A model generated the notes under the pieces. The model was not told the DNA's origin, ran no database searches, and worked only from the letters and a program-made list of their open reading frames with translations. A program made the position numbers and the translations under genes. A DNA stretch of 59,706 nt, taken from contig DAOTYC010000143.1 of the NCBI GenBank assembly GCA_034435095.1, forward strand, positions 1 to 59,706. The letters are read 5' to 3'. Shown here in pieces: positions 1-9,593 of the stretch. Source of the DNA: Anaerolineae bacterium (GTDB taxonomy: Bacteria > Chloroflexota > Anaerolineae > DAOTYC01). Every line of letters starts with the position of its first letter. Within the stretch, counting starts at the first letter, position 1.

Positions 1-847
1 GTGGCAGCGTGGGCGCGGGTGTGGCCGCTGCCGGGGTGGGCAGGAGACTGACGTCTTCGGGCGGCACGCGCACTTCAAAGTTGTCGAAGACGATATCCGC
101 ACGTTCGCCCTGAACCAGGTAAGACGCCAGGGCCAGCACACCCTCGCCAATGCGCCCGTCGGTGTATTGGGCCACCTGCTGCCCATTGATGAACAGGGTA
201 ATGGCACTACCCTGCGCCAGAACGCCCAGTCGGTTCACACCGCGCGACCGGATGGCCGGGTCGGTCGTCCAATCGATCAGCGTTTCCCAATTGCCGCGGT
301 ACCTCATCTCCAGCGTGTACTGGTTCGCGCTGGGGTCAACGGTCAGACCGTAGAAGTTGTCGCGGTCGAAGCGGCGGAACTGCAAACCGTACTGCGGCAC
401 GCCGGTCGGCGGACTGGCCCAGGCCACATCCACGGCGACGTACACATCGCCAAGCCGGACATCGAACGGTCGGACGGACGAGACCACGCTGTCAAACGCT
501 TCCATTTCCCAGGTATAACTGCCATCAGCGATGGTGCGTGTCGCACGCAGCAGCTCGTCCTCATCAAGGCCCACCGGCCAATTGTAGGTGTGGTCATCAA
601 ATGTATCACACAGGCCGAGCAGCCAATCGGCGGGCACGGCCGCTGGTGGCGGGCCACCGCACTCCAGCGGCGCAGCCTGTTGCGCAGGCGCGCGTTGACC
701 CTCCGGCGGGACGAACCAGGCCGCCGCAGTACCAGGCAGGGCGAGCGCACAGATTAACAGCACAACCAAAACGCGGGGAAGAACCGAACGAGGAAGCGGC
801 GATGTGTTGCTGCGGCTGAAAACGGCTGCACCAAAAGACCGTCCCAT
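1..847 (-). CDS. Secreted protein with beta-sandwich (concanavalin/DUF1080-like) domain followed by a Pro/Thr-rich linker; partial, runs off the window start
   Basis: Not in the ORF track because there is no stop in the window. Manual translation from ATG 847 (SD AAGGAGG upstream) gives MGRSF...RVLVVLLICALALPGTAAAW (signal peptide), LCDTFDDHTYNWP...YGLQFRRFDRDNFYGLTV...NRLGVLAQGSAITLFINGQQV...IVFDNFEVR, then PTPAAATPAPTLP. Confidence 0.8.
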   Translation of the reverse strand, partial: MGRSFGAAVFSRSNTSPLPRSVLPRVLVVLLICALALPGTAAAWFVPPEGQRAPAQQAAPLECGGPPPAAVPADWLLGLCDTFDDHTYNWPVGLDEDELLRATRTIADGSYTWEMEAFDSVVSSVRPFDVRLGDVYVAVDVAWASPPTGVPQYGLQFRRFDRDNFYGLTVDPSANQYTLEMRYRGNWETLIDWTTDPAIRSRGVNRLGVLAQGSAITLFINGQQVAQYTDGRIGEGVLALASYLVQGERADIVFDNFEVRVPPEDVSLLPTPAAATPAPTLP

Positions 848-978
848 TTTTAGCCTCCTTTCAAATCGGCAAACACAACAGCGCAGCGATATGGTTACAG
901 GACTTGTACCGTCATGACCGTCATGGAGAAGGATGTTTAGTGGAGAAAGCGATGTTCTACCGGATTCCTGTGCCTACA

Positions 979-1007
979 ATTATATCATACTTCGGGCGAG
1001 CTGACAA
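979..1007 (-). promoter_or_regulatory. sigma70-type promoter for the leftward secreted-protein gene
   Basis: Reverse strand TTGTCA-17 nt-TATAAT with TGn extended -10. Confidence 0.7.
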
Positions 1008-1033
1008 TTTCATAATTTTGCGACCACACGCTT

Positions 1034-1061
1034 TTGCCAAATCGGCCATCTCGTCTATAAT
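1034..1061 (+). promoter_or_regulatory. sigma70-type promoter for recJ (divergent pair)
   Basis: TTGCCA-16 nt-TATAAT. Confidence 0.6.
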
Positions 1062-1081
1062 TACAGGCGTGCTGTAATGCC

Positions 1082-2869
1082 ATGACGCAAGGGGCGGAAC
1101 GCTCGCCTGACACCATCGTCAGAGGGATTGTTTTGATCTATCGTCACAAACGCTGGAAGCTGGCTCCCCCTGCTTCGGCATCCGAACTCCAAGAACTTGC
1201 CGACGAGCTGGGCGTTTCACCTTATCTGGCTCAGATTTTGTTCAACCGAGGCATCACTTCGCCGCAAGCTGCTCAGGAGTTCCTCGGCGTGGCGAAGCCC
1301 CCTCCGCCGCCGTTCCGCCTGAAGGGCGTCAACGAGGCGGTCAACCGCATCCGCCGCGCCATCCGCGTTGGCGAGGAAATCGTGGTCTACGGCGATTTCG
1401 ACGTGGATGGCATCACGGCGACCGCCTTATTGACCGAGACGCTCCAGTCTCTGGGTGCCAAAGTGCGTCCTTATATTCCCAACCGCTTCAGTGAAGGCTA
1501 CGGACTGAACAAAGACGCCCTCAGCGCACTGGCCCAAGAAGGCGTGGGCCTGGTCATCACCGTTGATTGCGGCATCCGCTCGCCAGAGGAAGTCGCCCAC
1601 GCGCAGAAGGCTGGCCTGGATGTGATTGTGACCGACCATCACTCCGTTGGGGCAGATGTGCCGAAGGCGGTGGCCGTCGTCAATCCCAAGCAAGAGGCGT
1701 GCACCTACGGCTTTCGTTCGCTGGCCGGAGTGGGGGTCGCGTTCCGGCTGGCGCAGGCCCTGCTCCGCGTCAATGGCAGGGTGCCGCTGGCCCGTGAGGT
1801 GAACCTCTCCGAGGACGACCTGCTCGACCTGGTGGCGCTCGGGACGGTGGCTGACCTGGCGCCGCTGGAAGGCGAGAACCGCGACCTGGTCCGGCGTGGC
1901 TTGCCGGTCCTGCGTGAGATGCGCCGCCCCGGCGTCAAGGCGATGATCGAGCTGGCCGGCGTGCGCCCCGAACGGATTGGCTCGGCCACGATTGGCTACA
2001 TCCTGGGCCCTCGCCTGAATGCCGCCGGGCGACTCGACGACGCCCGCAAGAGCTACGAGCTATTGACATGCCGCGACCCGCTTCAGGCCGCTGCCCTGGC
2101 CCAAGAACTGGACGAGACCAACCGCGAACGCCAACGACAGACCCAACAGGCCCTGGAACTGGCCCGCCAGCAGGTGTTGGACAATGGCCTTGATCTGCCG
2201 CTGCTGGTCGCTGCCCATGCTGAGTTCCCACAGGGCATCGTCGGCCTGGTGGCCGGCCGCCTGACGGAGGAATTCTATCGCCCGTCGGTGGTCATCGAGC
2301 TGGGCGAGGAGGAGTGCCGGGCCTCAGCGCGCAGCATTGAGGAATTTGACATAACGGGTGCGCTGGACCTGTGCGCCGAGCTCCTGGTTCGCTATGGCGG
2401 CCATGCGGCGGCGGCCGGGTTCACAGCGTCGAAGGACAAATTGGGCAGCGTGATTGAGCGACTGCACGCCATCGCCCGCGAGCGACTGGGCGGACAGGAG
2501 CTTATCCCCTCGCTCAATGTTGATGTAGAAGTGCCTTTGCACGCGGCGAACTGGGACACGCTGAAGCAGGTCGAGAGCTGGGAGCCCTTTGGCGTTGGCA
2601 ATCCCTATCCGTTGTTCCTGAGCACCCATCTGATTGTACAGAACCCCCGCGCGGTTGGCGCAGAGGGACAGCATCTGAAGTTGACGTTGTTCGATGGCCG
2701 AACTACGCGGGAGGCCATTGGCTTTGGCATGGGCGACCTCTTGCCAGAGGTCTCGGCCTGCTCGTGGGTTGACGTGGTCTATTGTCTGGAACGCAACGAA
2801 TGGAACGGCGAGGAGCGATTGCAGTTGCGCCTGGAAGATGTGCGCCCGTCCGGCCCACGTAAGCGGTAA
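1082..2869 (+). CDS. recJ: Single-stranded-DNA-specific exonuclease RecJ
   Basis: DHH motifs YGDFDVDG, ITVDCG, TDHH, LGTVAD, PRLNAAGR; DHHA1 YGGHAAAAG; EPFGVGNP. True start may be TTG 1133 (SD AGAGGG). Confidence 0.97.
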   Translation: MTQGAERSPDTIVRGIVLIYRHKRWKLAPPASASELQELADELGVSPYLAQILFNRGITSPQAAQEFLGVAKPPPPPFRLKGVNEAVNRIRRAIRVGEEIVVYGDFDVDGITATALLTETLQSLGAKVRPYIPNRFSEGYGLNKDALSALAQEGVGLVITVDCGIRSPEEVAHAQKAGLDVIVTDHHSVGADVPKAVAVVNPKQEACTYGFRSLAGVGVAFRLAQALLRVNGRVPLAREVNLSEDDLLDLVALGTVADLAPLEGENRDLVRRGLPVLREMRRPGVKAMIELAGVRPERIGSATIGYILGPRLNAAGRLDDARKSYELLTCRDPLQAAALAQELDETNRERQRQTQQALELARQQVLDNGLDLPLLVAAHAEFPQGIVGLVAGRLTEEFYRPSVVIELGEEECRASARSIEEFDITGALDLCAELLVRYGGHAAAAGFTASKDKLGSVIERLHAIARERLGGQELIPSLNVDVEVPLHAANWDTLKQVESWEPFGVGNPYPLFLSTHLIVQNPRAVGAEGQHLKLTLFDGRTTREAIGFGMGDLLPEVSACSWVDVVYCLERNEWNGEERLQLRLEDVRPSGPRKR

Positions 2870-2899
2870 CGAAGCGGTCAGCCACTGAAGAGGTTACGG

Positions 2900-4633
2900 T
2901 TGCGTCGAATACTTCGCGTTTGGTTGCTTGCGCTGCTGGCGTTGACACCAGGCTGGGTGGACGCCCAGTCCCCTCCGCTGGATCATCGCTTAGGGGCGGT
3001 GGAGGCATTTCGCTATCCCCAGGGCGCCACGGAGGCCCGCGTAGGGTGGCAGCGGGTAATCTTTTGGTGGCGGGGCCTGCAGCCCAACAATTCCGACGAG
3101 TGGAACGAACACTATTTCCCCGATGGCGTGTTGAACGACGAGTTGGCTGCCGGTCGGGAAGTCATCGGCATGTTGTCGAATCCGCCCGACTGGGCCAATG
3201 GCGGACAGGGGCCAGCCGGCGTGCCGAACGGCCTGTATCTGCCATACAATGACACCAACAACCTGTGGGGCCAATTCGTCATGAAGATCGCCGCCCGCTA
3301 CCGCGGGCGTATCAATCGTTGGGTGATTTGGAATGAACCAGATGTATGGTCGGAAGAACAGCCGGGCTACACCTGGAAGGGGACGGTTGAAGAATTCTAT
3401 CAGTTGCTCAAAGTGGGCTACCTGGCCGCCAAGGAAGGCAATCCCGACTGCAAGGTGCATCTCTGCGGGCTGACCTATTGGTGGGACAAGGAACACAATC
3501 GCGAGCAATATTTCAATCGGCTGCTGGACCTCATTGTCCGAGACCCGACCGCGCCTGCCCACAATTACTATTTCGATGTGGTGACTCTGCACCTGTACTT
3601 CAGGTCGCAGAGCGTGTACGACATCGTGCAGGAATTCCGCAAGATGATGGCGGCGCACGGCATTGACAAACCCATCTGGATCAACGAGACCAACGCGCCG
3701 CCCTCACAGGACCCACAGGACCCTGTGCCCAACGCGGTGTTCCACGTCACGCTGGACGAACAGGCGTCGTTCATCATCCATTCGTTCGCGCTGGGGATCG
3801 CGGCAGGTGTGGAGCGTATCGCGGTGTACAAGCTCATTGACCGACCCAAGGCGCCGGGTAGCCTGGAGCCTTACGGCCTGTATCGGGAAGATGAGAGCAA
3901 GCGGCCGGGCTTCTATGCCTTCCAGGTAGTCACGAACTATTTTGCCGGCTTCCGAACGGCCAGCCTGGAACAGAAAGGGCCGATCCAGATCGTCACCATT
4001 GACCGCGGCGACTCCACCACGACGGTGGTCTGGACAAACAGCCATGAGCCGCAGTCCTACGCGCTGCCCGCCATCGCCGAACAGGCGCAGTTGATTGACA
4101 AGCTGGGCAACGTCCGCCTGATCACGCCGCTGAATGGCTACTATAACCTGCCGCTGGAAGGGGCGGTGTGCACGCACCCGGGCTGCATCATCGGCGGCAG
4201 CCCCTGGGTCATTGTGGAGCCGGGCCAGCCGCGCGAGCGGGGCCGCTTCTTGCCGACGCCGACCCGCCGGCCGCCTACGGCGACACCCACCACCCAGGCG
4301 ACTCCGACGGCCACGCTTCCGCCGACCGATACGCCGACACCGACCGACACGCCAACGCCGACGCACACGCCCACCGCGACGTCGACCGGAACGCCGACTC
4401 CCACGCCCACTCAAACGCCGACGCCGACCTGGACGCCCACACCGACGCCGGTGTTGACACTCGGCCCGCGCTCGGAGACCGGCGCCTGTCTGCGGATGTA
4501 CATCCTGCTGCTCTTTGCCGGCGCCCTGATCTATTTTGGCGGCACGTACATCTGGTGGTGGTGGCGGAAACGCAAATACTACCAGGGCTACTTTGCCAAT
4601 GGCGAAGAAAACGATTATTATGATGATTACTAG
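2900..4633 (+). CDS. Secreted, C-terminally membrane-anchored clan GH-A glycoside hydrolase (GH39/GH5-like) with Thr/Pro linker
   Basis: Signal peptide; WVIWNEPD acid/base motif; IWINETN nucleophile-like motif; (PT)n linker at about 4250-4460; hydrophobic C-terminal helix followed by WWWRKRK. Confidence 0.75.
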   Translation: MRRILRVWLLALLALTPGWVDAQSPPLDHRLGAVEAFRYPQGATEARVGWQRVIFWWRGLQPNNSDEWNEHYFPDGVLNDELAAGREVIGMLSNPPDWANGGQGPAGVPNGLYLPYNDTNNLWGQFVMKIAARYRGRINRWVIWNEPDVWSEEQPGYTWKGTVEEFYQLLKVGYLAAKEGNPDCKVHLCGLTYWWDKEHNREQYFNRLLDLIVRDPTAPAHNYYFDVVTLHLYFRSQSVYDIVQEFRKMMAAHGIDKPIWINETNAPPSQDPQDPVPNAVFHVTLDEQASFIIHSFALGIAAGVERIAVYKLIDRPKAPGSLEPYGLYREDESKRPGFYAFQVVTNYFAGFRTASLEQKGPIQIVTIDRGDSTTTVVWTNSHEPQSYALPAIAEQAQLIDKLGNVRLITPLNGYYNLPLEGAVCTHPGCIIGGSPWVIVEPGQPRERGRFLPTPTRRPPTATPTTQATPTATLPPTDTPTPTDTPTPTHTPTATSTGTPTPTPTQTPTPTWTPTPTPVLTLGPRSETGACLRMYILLLFAGALIYFGGTYIWWWWRKRKYYQGYFANGEENDYYDDY

Positions 4634-4700
4634 CTGACCGTTCGCGGTGTTCAGCCATCCGCCGCGAGATTCTGTGGCGGGTTGCAGTTGGGAGGTGGTT

Positions 4701-5015
4701 ATGGTGGATACAGCAACGCAAGACAATGGGACATCTACAAGAAAAACAGGTTTGTGGCACAAACTAAGCGGGCCAGTGAAGGTCGGCCTGCTTTTTGCGG
4801 CCATCGCCATCATCATGGCCCTCGTCGGCATCCTCAGGGGCTCTTCGACCACGCCGATTACCTTCCGTTCGATAGCGATGGCCGTGCTCATCTCGGGCGG
4901 TACCTGGGGAGTGGTCAGTTGGGCCATCGCCACCGCGGTCGTCGAGGTGGAGAAGGACGTGGCGGAGGCCGAGGGCGACGAAGCCGGGCCCGGCTCTGCG
5001 CCCACGCAGCCCTGA
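4701..5015 (+). CDS. Small two-helix membrane protein, unknown function
   Basis: ATG 4701 after GGAGG (ORF track starts at 4647); two hydrophobic segments and an acidic tail. Confidence 0.7.
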   Translation: MVDTATQDNGTSTRKTGLWHKLSGPVKVGLLFAAIAIIMALVGILRGSSTTPITFRSIAMAVLISGGTWGVVSWAIATAVVEVEKDVAEAEGDEAGPGSAPTQP

Positions 5016-5019
5016 GCCG

Positions 5020-5421
5020 ATGGCGGAGCGGCCGCTTCTGCTTCTCTCCGGCCTGGCAGGGTTGATTGCCAACGCAGTCTTGTTCTCTGTCGCGGCCCTG
5101 ATCCAACGGATTCTTGTGCCGCCGCTTTTCAGCGGGTGGCTGGCCGGCGCCCTGCTGCTCTTCTGTCTGCTCCTCTCTGTGGCGGAAATCCCGATAATGG
5201 TCGTGGCTTTGCGCAAACTGGCTGCCGACCCGCACCGCAAGTCGCCGGTCTTGCTGGCGTTGACCAACGCGCTGTACGTATTCTTTGCCGCCGTGTACGC
5301 CAGCCTCTTTGTATTGCTCACGGGCCAGATAGGGCCTGGCCTCGGCCTGAGCGGGCTCGGCATCGTGCGGCTGGCTTCATCGCTCGTTTTCGTGGCGCAT
5401 GGACGGCCGCCGTCATGCTGA
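5020..5421 (+). CDS. Small four-helix membrane protein, unknown function
   Basis: Very hydrophobic 133-aa ORF 4 nt after the previous gene. Confidence 0.7.
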   Translation: MAERPLLLLSGLAGLIANAVLFSVAALIQRILVPPLFSGWLAGALLLFCLLLSVAEIPIMVVALRKLAADPHRKSPVLLALTNALYVFFAAVYASLFVLLTGQIGPGLGLSGLGIVRLASSLVFVAHGRPPSC

Positions 5422-5940
5422 GTGGCGGAGAACAGCGGATGCGCAGGACAGGGCGGATCGGGCGGCAGGCACGGAAACCTGCCCTATGCCTCTCCCTCAC
5501 CCCCTGTAGGTCGGGTTTCCATACCCGACCGTCCATCCGTGCCCTCTGAGCCGCAGGCGAAGCATCTCGCGCTGCGTGGCTGCCGTCATGCTGAGTGGCG
5601 GAGAACAGCGGATCAGCAGGATGGCACGGATGAACGGATTGCCCCGCCCCCACCCTCCGTCATGCTGAGCCGCAGCCCTGAGCGCAGCGAAGGGGCTACG
5701 AAGCATCTGCCGCAGGCGAAGCATCTCGCGCTGGCAGGCGTTGAGATTCTTCGCTTCGCTCAGAATGACGGGTGGGACGGGCTCCTCGGCATGAGGGGCG
5801 TAGCGTAGCCCTTTGTGGGCGCAACGGGCACAAGGCACGGGCACCAGGCCCTATGCTACGGCCCCAACCCGGAGATTGCTTCGCCGGCCTGCGGCGGCTG
5901 CGGCTATCCGTGCCCTCCTGCGCATCCGCTGTTCTCCGAC
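5412..5940. repeat. Mosaic of REP-like palindromic modules
   Basis: GTAG-GTCGGGTTTCCATACCCGAC at 5506-5529; inverted GGCAGGCACGGAAACCTGCCCTAT; GTCATGCTGAG.../AGATTCTTCGCTTCGCTCAGAATGAC; GTAGCGTAGCCC...GCCCTATGCTAC; GAGAACAGCGGAT in both orientations. All recur elsewhere in the window. Confidence 0.85.
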
Positions 5941-6097
5941 GCGCCTCGGACAGGACGGTCGGAAATTTCCACCGAAAAGGGCGCGATACGCCGGGACACG
6001 CGGAATTGTGCTTTTGGGGCGAACTCTGGTATAATGACACTCTTGCCAGAGGCTGACCTGATTCTGGCAGACAGATGCAATAAGGGGTTCGTTTCTT

Positions 6098-7561
6098 ATG
6101 GCGCAAAGGTCTTTGCGTGTGATGTTGATCGTGCCCGGGGCGACGCTGCCGATTGCCACGCGGACGTCCCCGCAGTTGGGCATCGCCTATCTGGCGGCGG
6201 TATCAGAAGCGCGGGGCGATGCGGTGCGCGTCTATGACGGCGATGTCGAAGACATGCCATTGGACAAAGCCGTGCGGGACTTTGAGCCAGACCTGGTGGG
6301 CATCACCGCCAACACCACCCAGATCAAGGGGGCCTGGCGCGACGCCGACATCATCAAACAGTGGCGAGACGTGCCGGTCGTCCTGGGCGGCCCGCACCCC
6401 TCCGTCCTGCCCGATGAGTCGCTGGCGCGCGGCAGCATTGATGGGGTTGTGCGCGGCGAGGGCGAGGAGACCTGGCGCGAGCTGGGCGATGTGCTGGCTG
6501 CCCATTGGCGGCGCGGAACGCCGTATCGCAGCGCTGAGTCGGGGCTGTGGCCGGAAGACGGCTCGCCGCTCGAGCGGGTCGCCGGCCTGTCCTATCGCCG
6601 GCCCGATGGGCGCATCGTACACAATCCGAACCGCCCGCCGATTTCGGATTTGAGCAGTATCCCCCTGCCGGCCTATCACCTGCTCAAGATGGACCGCTAC
6701 ACCAACCTGCAACCGACGCTCGACCAGGTGCAGGGCTTCAGCCTGCCCATCATGACCTCGCGCGGCTGTCCCTACCGCTGCACGTATTGCGCCCAGATCA
6801 TGGACCGCCGCTGGCGTATGAGAAGCCCCCAAGACGTGGTGCGCGAGTGGGAGTGGCTTGTCCGTGAGCAGGGCGCCGGCGAGATCGGCGTGCTCGACGA
6901 TTCATTCAACATAGACCGCCAACGTGTGCTGGACATCTGCGACCTGCTCATCGAGCGGAAGCTGAACCATGTGCCCTGGATCATGATCAACGGCATCCGC
7001 GCCAACCTGGCCGACGAAGAGACGCTGGGGCGGATGAAAGCCGCCGGCTGTATTCGCACGGCGTTCGGCGTGGAAAGTGGCAATCAGGCCATCCTGGACT
7101 CGGTCATCAAGAAGCGTCTGACTCTGGATCAGGTTCGACGGGCCTTCGCCGCGGCCAGAGCGGTGGGCATGGAAACCATTGGCTTCTTCATCATCGGGAT
7201 GCCCGGCGAGACAGAGCAGACCATGGAGGACACCATCCGTTTTGCCTGCGAGCTTGACCCGCTGGTCGCCAATTTCTCCATTGCCACGCCGTTCCCGGGC
7301 ACCGAAATGTATCAGACCGTGCTGCAAAAGGGCCGCCTGCTGGTCAACGATTACGACGATTACGTGTTCTTCGAGGGCAAGGCCCGCTTTGAGATGGATG
7401 GCCTGCCGGCCGGCCTGGTCGAGCGCAAGTGGCGGGAAGCCTATCGCCGCTTCTACCTGCGGCCGCACCGCGTCCTCAACATCCTGGCCCGCAAGAAAAC
7501 CTGGCTCGACCTGCCACGAACGGTCCAGATGGCCTGGCGCACGGTCGTATCGTCATCGTGA
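6098..7561 (+). CDS. B12-binding-domain radical SAM protein (paralog 1)
   Basis: PQLGIAYLAA, DLVGIT, GGPHPS, VVRGEGE (cobalamin-binding domain); TSRGCPYRCTYC (CxxxCxxC); GVESG; FFIIGMPGET; PFPGT. TGG-TATAAT -10 element near 6029-6034. Confidence 0.92.
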   Translation: MAQRSLRVMLIVPGATLPIATRTSPQLGIAYLAAVSEARGDAVRVYDGDVEDMPLDKAVRDFEPDLVGITANTTQIKGAWRDADIIKQWRDVPVVLGGPHPSVLPDESLARGSIDGVVRGEGEETWRELGDVLAAHWRRGTPYRSAESGLWPEDGSPLERVAGLSYRRPDGRIVHNPNRPPISDLSSIPLPAYHLLKMDRYTNLQPTLDQVQGFSLPIMTSRGCPYRCTYCAQIMDRRWRMRSPQDVVREWEWLVREQGAGEIGVLDDSFNIDRQRVLDICDLLIERKLNHVPWIMINGIRANLADEETLGRMKAAGCIRTAFGVESGNQAILDSVIKKRLTLDQVRRAFAAARAVGMETIGFFIIGMPGETEQTMEDTIRFACELDPLVANFSIATPFPGTEMYQTVLQKGRLLVNDYDDYVFFEGKARFEMDGLPAGLVERKWREAYRRFYLRPHRVLNILARKKTWLDLPRTVQMAWRTVVSSS

Positions 7562-7570
7562 GGGAGGAAG

Positions 7571-8554
7571 GTGACCGATTTGAGTAACCGGATTCAGTGC
7601 AGCATCGGCGTGACAGCCTACAATGAAGAGGCCAATATCGGCCAGTTGCTGACCGCCCTGCGCCGACAGCGTTTGCTGCGCGTCGAAATTGTCGAAATCA
7701 TCGTGGTCGCCAGCGCGTGCACCGACCGCACGGAAGACATCGTGCGCCAACACGCCGCCGAAGACCCGCGCATCAAGTTGATCTGTCAGGAACGGCGCGA
7801 GGGCAAGACTTCGGCGATCAATCTCTTCCTGCAAGAGGCCCGCTGCGACATCTGCGTCCTGGAGAGCGGCGACACGGTCGCCCATGAAGACTGCGTGGAG
7901 AACATGGTTTCCATGTTCGACGACCCGGCCATCGGCATGGTGGGAGCGCAGAAAGTGCCTGTCAACGCTTCGGATCAGCTCATCGGCTATCTGTCGCACC
8001 TGCGGCTCAAAATGGAACACCAGTTGTGCCTGGAGATCCCCCGTCTGGGCGAGATGATTGCCTTCCGCAGAGTCTTCGACGCCATCCCGCCCGACGTGGC
8101 GATGGACGAAGCCTTCGTTGAGGCTCTGGTTATCCGGCGTGGTCTACAGGTGCGTTACGCGCCCAACGCCATCGTCTACAACATGGGGCCGGAGACCCTG
8201 GGCGATTTCATCCGTCAGCGGCGGCGCAACCACGCCGGCCATCTGTATCTGCGCCACAAGTATGGCTACCGCGTCTCCAGCCTGGACTCGCCGCGCGTCA
8301 TGCGCATCGCGCTGGGCGAGGTCTGGGAAGCCCTGCGCATCATCTACGTGCTGGCCGTGCTGGCGGCCATCGAGATGTTCTCCCGTGCGCTGGGCGCATA
8401 CGATTTTTACATCAAGAAAGACACGCACGTCGTCTGGGATATGGCCTGGACGACCAAGCGGGTGGACACCAGCAAAATAGAGAAATCTCTGGAAGGCACG
8501 GCCGGCCTGACGAAAGCGTTTGGCCCTTCCACAGGCTTGCCGAAGGATAAGTGA
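7571..8554 (+). CDS. Glycosyltransferase family 2
   Basis: VTAYNEEANI, IIVVASAC.D, GKTSAIN, MDEAF (ED-like), QRRRN (QxxRW-like) and a C-terminal hydrophobic segment. Confidence 0.88.
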   Translation: MTDLSNRIQCSIGVTAYNEEANIGQLLTALRRQRLLRVEIVEIIVVASACTDRTEDIVRQHAAEDPRIKLICQERREGKTSAINLFLQEARCDICVLESGDTVAHEDCVENMVSMFDDPAIGMVGAQKVPVNASDQLIGYLSHLRLKMEHQLCLEIPRLGEMIAFRRVFDAIPPDVAMDEAFVEALVIRRGLQVRYAPNAIVYNMGPETLGDFIRQRRRNHAGHLYLRHKYGYRVSSLDSPRVMRIALGEVWEALRIIYVLAVLAAIEMFSRALGAYDFYIKKDTHVVWDMAWTTKRVDTSKIEKSLEGTAGLTKAFGPSTGLPKDK

Positions 8555-9576
8555 CCATTACAATCATGAAAGATAAACTGCTCACCGCTCTAAAGGTCGT
8601 CATCAGCCTGGGTCTCATCGCCTACCTGCTGTACCGGGCCGACCTGAATGTCGTGATAGCCTCCATCCGCTCGGCCAATTACGCCTATCTGGTCGGCGGT
8701 GTCCTGCTCTACGCCGGCGCGGTGACGGCCGGCGGCCTGAAGTGGTATATCCTGCTGCGGGCGCAGGGCATCCTGATCTCGTTTGGGGAACTGTTGAGCT
8801 ACACGTTTGTCGGCGTGTTCTTCAACAATTTCCTGCCGGCCAACGTCGGAGGAGATGTCATGCGCGGCTATGGCCTGGCCCGCTATACCGAGCGTGCCGC
8901 CGAAGCGGCTGTCTCCGTGGTCGTTGACCGGGTGGTCGGCCTGATCGCTTTTATGAGCGCGGCTTTTGCGTCCTCTCTGGCAGCCGTATTCATCATCGGG
9001 CGCCATGAACTGCTGACCATCGTCATCGCCTCCGGCCTGGCGACACTGGCCCTCGCTTGTCTGTTCGCCGCCGTTTTGAGCCGCCACATCCGTGCCTGGG
9101 TCGAACGCCTGTTTGCCGTCAGGCTGCTGGCCCGCTTCGCGCCACTCTATCATCGGTTGTCGGATGCGCTGACCGCCTATCGCTTCAAGTTCGGCCGGCT
9201 GTTCGTGGCCTACTGTGTCTCCCTGATGACGCTGGCTCTGTCGAACTTCTCCATTTACGTGACGGCAGAGGCCCTGGGCGGCGGAGTGCCGCTGTGGGCC
9301 ATCTTTCTCTTCAACCCGCTCATCGCCTTCGTCTTGCTCATTCCCATTTCGGTCGGCGGGCTGGGCCTGAACCAGGGCGCGTTTGTGTTCTTCTACGGTC
9401 TGGTGGGCATACCCGGCCAGGTCATCTTCCCTGTCTCGCTGATGATGCAGTTTATCATTTATCTGACCAGCCTGCCGGGCGGGTTGCTCTGGCTGCGTTC
9501 CAGGAGACGCGGGGCAGCCTGGCCTGACGCCGTCGCCCCCTCGCATGTGCGAGCCGACGACGTGCGGCTGCGCTAG
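8551..9576 (+). CDS. UPF0104 / lysylphosphatidylglycerol-synthase TM-domain (flippase-like) membrane protein
   Basis: LKVVISLGLIAYLL, KW.ILL, FFNNFLPANVGGD, VVVDR..G, IPISVGGLG; overlaps the GT2 stop (GTGA). Confidence 0.88.
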   Translation: MTITIMKDKLLTALKVVISLGLIAYLLYRADLNVVIASIRSANYAYLVGGVLLYAGAVTAGGLKWYILLRAQGILISFGELLSYTFVGVFFNNFLPANVGGDVMRGYGLARYTERAAEAAVSVVVDRVVGLIAFMSAAFASSLAAVFIIGRHELLTIVIASGLATLALACLFAAVLSRHIRAWVERLFAVRLLARFAPLYHRLSDALTAYRFKFGRLFVAYCVSLMTLALSNFSIYVTAEALGGGVPLWAIFLFNPLIAFVLLIPISVGGLGLNQGAFVFFYGLVGIPGQVIFPVSLMMQFIIYLTSLPGGLLWLRSRRRGAAWPDAVAPSHVRADDVRLR

Positions 9577-9593
9577 GGAGGTCAAGGCCCGCG

